A DNA stretch of 36,364 nt from an uncultured cyanobacterium (GTDB lineage: Bacteria; Cyanobacteriota; Cyanobacteriia; Cyanobacteriales; Microcystaceae): assembly GCA_963807635.1 (NCBI GenBank), contig CAWEDJ010000077.1, positions 1-36,364 of the forward strand, in the 5' to 3' direction. The translations under genes were made by a program, and so were the position numbers. Under the pieces are notes generated by a model. The model searched no databases. It was not told the origin of the DNA and worked only from the letters and a program-made list of their open reading frames with translations. This document shows positions 27,181 to 33,391 of the stretch, piece after piece. Within the stretch, counting starts at the first letter, position 1. Each line of letters begins with the position of its first letter.

Positions 27181-29592
27181 ATGTTTGCCGCACCACTTTG
27201 GAGAATGTTGGAAGGACAGATCATCAAAGATCAATATTATCTCCAGCAAGTGCTAGGAACAGGGACTTTTGGCGGAGTTTTTCGCACGGATCAAGTGGTT
27301 CGAGATACGATTTTAAGAACTTTAGCAACAAAAGTGATTTTTATTAATCAACCTGAATTAGTCAGCTATCAATTACGAGAGCTACAGGTTGCCCTAAATT
27401 TTGATCATCCTAATTTGATAAAATGCCATGATGCAGGAGAAGCAAAAATTGAAAAGCTCTCTATTTCTTGTCTCTATCTATTAATGGAGTTAGCAGAGGA
27501 AACCTTAGAAAATAAATTGAAGCGAGGAAATATCTCTACAGAAGAAGTCAAAGTAATTGTTGAAAATATTGCTGAAGGATTAGCTTATTTACATGAAAAG
27601 GAGCAGGTGCATTTAGACCTCAAACCTGCCAATATTTTAAAAGTTAATGGGCATTGGAAGATTGGAGACTATGGTTTAGTTCGTAGTCTTGATCCTCAAC
27701 GAAGTTATATGGAAACGATGAACTTCTCTTTAGGAACCACAGCTTATTCTCCTCCAGAAAGTTATCAGGGTATTATTGCACCTGCATGGGATATGTGGTC
27801 ATTAGGAATAATTACTGTGATGTTATTAAAAGGTAAGTATCCGATTCAGTTTCAAACGCAAGAAGAGTTAGGAGAAAAGATTAAAGCGGGTCAATTTAAT
27901 AACCTTAATTGGGATGATTTAGAAGAGCCTTGGTGGAAGATTATTCAAGGATGTTTACAAGTCAACCGTCAGCAACGTTGGACAGCTAAACAAGTTTTAT
28001 CGGAACTTAATTCGGAAAATATCCCAGTTCTGACTATTATACTTCCTGGTGGAATTGAATTAGAAATGATCAAAATTCCTGCGGGTAGTTTTTTGATGGG
28101 TTCTGCGGATAATGAATTTGATGCTTATGCTTCTGAAAAACCGCAACATCGAGTGACTTTACAGGAATATTATCTAGGGAAATACCCTGTAACTCAAGAA
28201 CAGTATCAAGCAGTGATGGGTAACAATCCTTCACGCTTTAAAGACAATTCTAACAATCCCGTTGAGCAAGTAATTTGGAATGATGCGAAAGCTTTTTGTC
28301 AAAAGCTGAAAGAAATTACAGGAAAAGAATTTCGTTTACCAACAGAAGCAGAATGGGAATATGGCTGTCGAGCAGGGACAACAACGCCGTTTTACTTTGG
28401 AGAAACTACATCAACAGAGCAAGCCAATTACAATGGGAACTATACATTTGGAGAAGGAAAAAAAGGAATCTATCGAGAGAAAACAACGCCAGTGGGAAGT
28501 TTTCCCGCTAACAAATTTGGACTATATGATATGCACGGAAACGTGTGGGAATGGTGCGAAGACAGTTGGCATGACAGCTATGCTGAGAAACCAGAGAGTA
28601 TTAAACAGAATGGAAATACTCTCTGGTCATCTAGTAATGAATTACCTCACATACTGCGCGGTGGTTCTTGGAGCCGCGATCCGAGATACTGTCGTTCGGC
28701 GATTCGGCGCAGGGGGGGTAAGGGGAGCAACTACAACGGTTTTCGCTTGGCTCTTCCCATACAGGTTCGTCAGACCTCAGAACCAACCATCATTCAATTT
28801 GCAACTCCCCCAGTCTCCCTCTCTTCCTCGTCTCCCAATCCCCCAGTCCTCACCCTAGACCTTCCTACTAACGTCAAATTAGAGATGATCAAAATCCCTG
28901 CGGGTAGTTTTTTGATGGGTTCTGCGGACAATGATCCTGATGCTTATAATGAAGAAAAACCTCAACATCGAGTTACCTTACAGGAATATTATTTAGGGAA
29001 ATATCCTGTTACCCAAGAACAATATCAAGCAGTAATGGGTAACAATCCTTCAGGGTTTGATGATGATCTTAAAAATCCCGTTGAACAAGTCAGTTGGAAT
29101 GATGCCAAAACCTTCTGTCAAAAGTTATATGAAATCACGGAGAAAAAAGTTCGCTTACCAACAGAAGCGGAATGGGAATATGGCTGTCGAGCAGGGACAA
29201 CAACACCGTTTTACTTTGGAGAAACTATATCAACAGAGCAAGCCAATTACAATGGAAACCATTTCTTTGCCCAAAAGAAAGGAGGTATCTATCGGGAGAA
29301 AACAACCCCAGTGGGAAGCTTCCCAATGAACAAATTTGGACTATATGATATGCACGGAAATGTGTGGGAATGGTGCGAAGATAGTTGGCATGAAAGCTAT
29401 GCAGAAAAACCAGAGAACCTCAAATCCAATGGCAATACTATATGGCTATCTGCAATAGACCAAGGTCATCATCTGCGCGGTGGTTCTTGGCACAGCAAAT
29501 TGAGGGACTGTCGTTCGGCGTGTCGAGATAGGTTCCTTGCAGATTACTGGGACGAATCTCTTGGTTTTCGCTTGGCTCTTTCCATTTCTTAA
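27181..29592 (+). CDS. Ser/Thr kinase with two tandem FGE-sulfatase(CLec) domains (fusion 4, intact)
   Basis: GTGTFG, ATK, HLDLKPAN, DYG; two copies of RLPTEAEWEY...[12 protein letters not shown]...RGGSW...GFRLAL. AAGGAG RBS. Confidence 0.93.
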   Translation: MFAAPLWRMLEGQIIKDQYYLQQVLGTGTFGGVFRTDQVVRDTILRTLATKVIFINQPELVSYQLRELQVALNFDHPNLIKCHDAGEAKIEKLSISCLYLLMELAEETLENKLKRGNISTEEVKVIVENIAEGLAYLHEKEQVHLDLKPANILKVNGHWKIGDYGLVRSLDPQRSYMETMNFSLGTTAYSPPESYQGIIAPAWDMWSLGIITVMLLKGKYPIQFQTQEELGEKIKAGQFNNLNWDDLEEPWWKIIQGCLQVNRQQRWTAKQVLSELNSENIPVLTIILPGGIELEMIKIPAGSFLMGSADNEFDAYASEKPQHRVTLQEYYLGKYPVTQEQYQAVMGNNPSRFKDNSNNPVEQVIWNDAKAFCQKLKEITGKEFRLPTEAEWEYGCRAGTTTPFYFGETTSTEQANYNGNYTFGEGKKGIYREKTTPVGSFPANKFGLYDMHGNVWEWCEDSWHDSYAEKPESIKQNGNTLWSSSNELPHILRGGSWSRDPRYCRSAIRRRGGKGSNYNGFRLALPIQVRQTSEPTIIQFATPPVSLSSSSPNPPVLTLDLPTNVKLEMIKIPAGSFLMGSADNDPDAYNEEKPQHRVTLQEYYLGKYPVTQEQYQAVMGNNPSGFDDDLKNPVEQVSWNDAKTFCQKLYEITEKKVRLPTEAEWEYGCRAGTTTPFYFGETISTEQANYNGNHFFAQKKGGIYREKTTPVGSFPMNKFGLYDMHGNVWEWCEDSWHESYAEKPENLKSNGNTIWLSAIDQGHHLRGGSWHSKLRDCRSACRDRFLADYWDESLGFRLALSIS

Positions 29593-29782
29593 TCTCCTTG
29601 CCCTTTGCTCTTTTTGCTCTTTTGTTTCCTGCCAGAATTTTTCCATAGGGGATTTGAAGATCAAACCCTGGTTTATAATTTTATTTTTTTAATCTAAGCA
29701 TTAGGAAATTTTAATTCTTAATACTAAATATAACCCACTTAAAGATTAAAACTCCGTTAAAAAGCTTCTTTGCCTCTCTCAA

Positions 29783-29841
29783 AATTTCCATCTAATTTCC
29801 ATACAGATTCTATGGAGTCAATCAGATAACCTTGATACGCT
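29783..29841 (+). promoter_or_regulatory. 11-bp tandem repeat operator + extended -10 (site 5)
   Basis: AATTTCCATCT AATTTCCATAC (then a weaker AGATTCTATGG). The second unit ends 31 nt before TACGCT (29836), which is preceded by TGA. Confidence 0.7.
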
Positions 29842-29867
29842 AAAACCAGAAGATTATAGAAAAAACC

Positions 29868-31091
29868 ATGTTTAACCTCCAACTCGATTGGGATAGACCA
29901 AATCAACTCAGTTCCCAATCCGCCAACCATATTCTGCGTATTCGCCTTAACCCAGAAACCTCTGGAACCCAAACCCTTCCTCTCCATTTGGCGATCGCCC
30001 TCGATACTAGCCAATCTATGAACGGCGAAAAACTGACCTCTGCTAAACAAGCCTGTCAGGAAATTTTCAAACATTTGCGCGATCGCGATAAACTATCCCT
30101 CGCCAGCTATTCCCATCAAGTCAATAGCCTCCTCAACCAAGTCCAGGGCAACGATCAACAGGCTCAAACCACCATTAACCAACTCAAAGCCGAAGGGGTG
30201 ACTCGTACCGATTTAGCCCTCAATTGGTTAAAAAAAGCCCTACCCAAGGAAACAGGCATCATTAGAGTCGGCATCTTAGTCACCGATGGCCATGCCACCA
30301 ATAACGGCGGAATCCTGCTCGAAAACCTCAATCCCTTGCTCAATCAAACGACTGAACTCACGGAAGCAGGCATTATTCTTTGTACCGTTGGTTTAGGCAA
30401 TGCCGCTAATTTTAATACCGAGTTTCTGGTTAACCTCAGCGATCGCGGACGAGGAGCCTTTTTGTATGCAGACCGCCCCGAAGATCTGAGCCAACAATTA
30501 CAGGAACGTTTAACCGCCTGTCAAAGCATCGCCACCGATGAACTGAAACTACAATTAAAACCCCTTAATAGCGCAACTTTACAGGGTTTCTGTCAATTTC
30601 GTCCTGAATATCTCCCCCTCGAAGAAACTGCCCCCCATCAACTGACCCTGAGTGGGATTCGCGCTAATCAACCCACCGATATTCTGTTTAATGTCAACGT
30701 TCCCGCCCAGGGCTTTGGGGAAACTCCCACCCGTAAGCCCGTCCTCAATATCGAGTTAACCGCCCCCAATTTAGCCCCCATTCAAGCCCAAACCAGTCTG
30801 CAATATACCAACTCCTACCGTGAAGCCCAACAGGTCAATACCGAAGTCAACAGCGATCGCCTGGGTTGGATTATGAATCAATGCAGTACCGATCTGACTC
30901 GTACTTCTGACCCCCATCGCACAGGGGAATTATTAGTTGATCTCCAGGTCGCTGCCACTAAATCAGGTCAGACCGCGATCGCCCAACAAGCCGCGCAACA
31001 ACTCACAGACCTCCAAAAATCAGGTAAATTAGACCCTCATCAAACCACTGGGCTATTACAGGATACCCGCAAAGTAGGAGGTAACTCATGA
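29868..31091 (+). CDS. von Willebrand factor A (vWA) domain protein
   Basis: MIDAS motif ALDTSQSM, GVTRT, LVTDG, TVGLG. Confidence 0.9.
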   Translation: MFNLQLDWDRPNQLSSQSANHILRIRLNPETSGTQTLPLHLAIALDTSQSMNGEKLTSAKQACQEIFKHLRDRDKLSLASYSHQVNSLLNQVQGNDQQAQTTINQLKAEGVTRTDLALNWLKKALPKETGIIRVGILVTDGHATNNGGILLENLNPLLNQTTELTEAGIILCTVGLGNAANFNTEFLVNLSDRGRGAFLYADRPEDLSQQLQERLTACQSIATDELKLQLKPLNSATLQGFCQFRPEYLPLEETAPHQLTLSGIRANQPTDILFNVNVPAQGFGETPTRKPVLNIELTAPNLAPIQAQTSLQYTNSYREAQQVNTEVNSDRLGWIMNQCSTDLTRTSDPHRTGELLVDLQVAATKSGQTAIAQQAAQQLTDLQKSGKLDPHQTTGLLQDTRKVGGNS

Positions 31092-31492
31092 GTCAAGGCT
31101 TGGGCTTAGACCCCATTCCCGTCCTCAAACACCTGAGTCCAGATCGTACCCGTCTCAAATTACGCAATGGCCCCAAAGCCCAGAAAGAATTTACCCTCCA
31201 TCGACTCTCCCAGATCATCGGACGAAACGCGGCTAATCAAAATCCTATTGAGATTGACCTCAGCGATTGTGAACTTGGTAATCCACCGATGATTTCTCGA
31301 CAACACGCCCTACTGGAATGGATCGATGGAACCCTAAAAATTTGTGACCTGAACAGCCGCAACGGAAGTTGGGTAAATGATCAACAATTGATTTCCACCC
31401 CACCTGGCAAGCCCTCCCCCTTTGTCACCCTGACTATCGGCAATATTATAAAACTCGGCAACCTTGAATTTGAGGTAATCACCTGTGACTAA
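31088..31492 (+). CDS. Stand-alone FHA domain protein
   Basis: IIGR, ISRQHA, DLNSRNGSWVN, IIKLG; ATGA overlap with the vWA gene. Confidence 0.92.
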   Translation: MSQGLGLDPIPVLKHLSPDRTRLKLRNGPKAQKEFTLHRLSQIIGRNAANQNPIEIDLSDCELGNPPMISRQHALLEWIDGTLKICDLNSRNGSWVNDQQLISTPPGKPSPFVTLTIGNIIKLGNLEFEVITCD

Positions 31493-32296
31493 CGAAACCT
31501 TAGCAATTTCCACTCCCATCAAGCTTTCTTGGTGTCAAGCCTATGGTGCAACTGACCTCGGCAAAGTCCGTCACAACAACGAAGACCGCTATCTTCTACA
31601 AGCTGGCCTAATAATGAGGGAATTTTGGCGATTGTCGCTGATGGCATGGGCGGCAGTAGTGCAGGAGAAATCGCCGCTCAAATTGCCATTGATACCTTTG
31701 CTGAATTGCTCGACTCTCCTTTTCCCGAAGAACCCGAACAACAACACGATGCCCTACTCCAACAGTGTTATCTCGCTGATCAACGCATCCGAGAACAAGC
31801 TGTTACCAGTTTTCAGACCCTGGGCATGGGAACCACTATTGTTGCCGCGATCGTCACCCCAAAAACCTGTATTCACCTTTATGCTGGCGATAGTCGTCTC
31901 TACCATTTTCGAGACGGCAAAATTCTTTATCAAACCGCCGATCATTCCATCATTCAACTACTACTAGAAATGGGAAAGATTCAGCCCGAAGATATTCCCA
32001 CCCATCCCATGCGGGCGATCGTCAATTCCTGTTTGGGCGGCAAAAATGGTCAGGGAGATTTTTCCATTGATCCTAAATGGCAAAACGAACATCCTCCCGT
32101 AATTGCCTTGCAAAGCAAAGATAGTGTATTACTTTGCAGTGATGGATTAAGTAACCTAACGACAAATACCACCCTCGAAACCTTAGTCCAAGAATATCCT
32201 GCTCATCCAGACCTTCTCAACAGAGAACTGATACAGTCTGCCTTAGCAAATGGAGGGTCTGACAATATCACCCTCATCACTTTGGCAGTGACTTAA
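31485..32296 (+). pseudogene. PP2C/PPM Ser/Thr phosphatase, frameshift at about 31600
   Basis: GTG 31485: ...TDLGKVRHNNEDRYLLQ; the shifted frame continues WPNNEGILAIVADGMGG, MGTT, GDSR, LLCSDGL, GGSDNIT. One base is missing (CAA[A]GC TGG). Confidence 0.88.
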
Positions 32297-33083
32297 ATCT
32301 TTTTCAACCCTGAAAAGCCTCTAACAAAAGTATCTTTCCACTCGTTATTTCCCTTTCAGCAGAATACAGGCTAAACTAAAAAACAATTACTGACTTTTTC
32401 CGTCATAATTTTTATGTCCATCCAAGCATCTCTAGGTATTCTGGGTCATAAAAACCAGAACGCCGTCCTTGACCGCAAAATCTAGACGACGTTCTCCTTT
32501 TATTACTCTCCTTCAGGTTCTTGGTTATCAACCACAGGAGCTATCGGACTGACTAAGAAAAAAATATAACAATTTCTCTATTGGCTGTTGCATCAATCAG
32601 TGATGCTTTGACAGTAATATTACTGCATTTGTTCTCATCATAGTAGAGATTTGCGGCATAGGCAATTATTTGTCAATTTTTCCTATACCCAATAGTTAAC
32701 AAGGCCAGATTAGAGCCTTAATCTTGTTATATTTCTTCTTTTTTCGGTACGAACTCCATTAATCACTCAGCTACAAGGTCAGCATTAATGGAACGTTTTT
32801 TTACTCGCTTTTTCTTTCGATACGATTTTTCCTATTTTTTTCTTTTTCCAGAAAGTTTAGGCACTCCATCCTTCCGCCCTGATGGACTCTGTTTTACTGC
32901 ACAGAAAAATCCTGCTCATTTCCAGAAAAACAAGCTTCCATCAGTCTTGAAGAGAATATGGGTGAATTTACGACCCTATTCTCGCTTTAGCTATTCATAG
33001 TGATTTAAAGAGGAAATTGAATGGAGAATCTGAACCGTTTTTCTGGGAAGAAACAAAAAAGCTAAGAGAACCTAACACGCTTT

Positions 33084-33115
33084 TCTGGAAATAACCAAAT
33101 CTGGAAATAACCAAA
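33084..33115. repeat. 16-bp perfect tandem repeat in the AT-rich region upstream of rep (possible ori element)
   Basis: TCTGGAAATAACCAAA x2; a related TCTGGGAAGAAACAAA lies at about 33042. Confidence 0.6.
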
Positions 33116-33298
33116 CTCTATCTAAAAGTCCCATGCAGACAGTTTTACCGACTGTCCTAACCATTGAGATTAACCACCCAAAATATTTATTTTTGTACTT
33201 TTAGATTAAATCAAAGATCAGAACTTTAGTAATCTCTTTCAGGAATAATTCCCAAAAAACTTGTTCAGGTTCTCCCCACTAACCACAGGAGAACCCCC

Positions 33299-33391
33299 AT
33301 GAAACCCCAGAATGCTCAAAAAATAACGTTTTCGACTACTGATTCAGTATCACAAAAATTAACCCAACAGGGAGGAATGAGCCATGACTAA
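33299..33391 (+). CDS. Putative 30-aa leader peptide overlapping the rep start
   Basis: AGGAG RBS, MKPQNAQKITFSTTDSVSQKLTQQGGMSHD*. Its stop lies within ATGACTAA, overlapping the rep ATG at 33384. Confidence 0.45.
   Translation: MKPQNAQKITFSTTDSVSQKLTQQGGMSHD

Noticed and set aside
12350..29592. Complete DGR in this window
   Set aside because: No reverse transcriptase and no AAC-rich template repeat seen; only VR-like targets and an Avd-fold homolog.
32788..33000. 70-aa ORF upstream of rep
   Set aside because: Phe-rich translation of T-rich DNA, with no RBS or motif.
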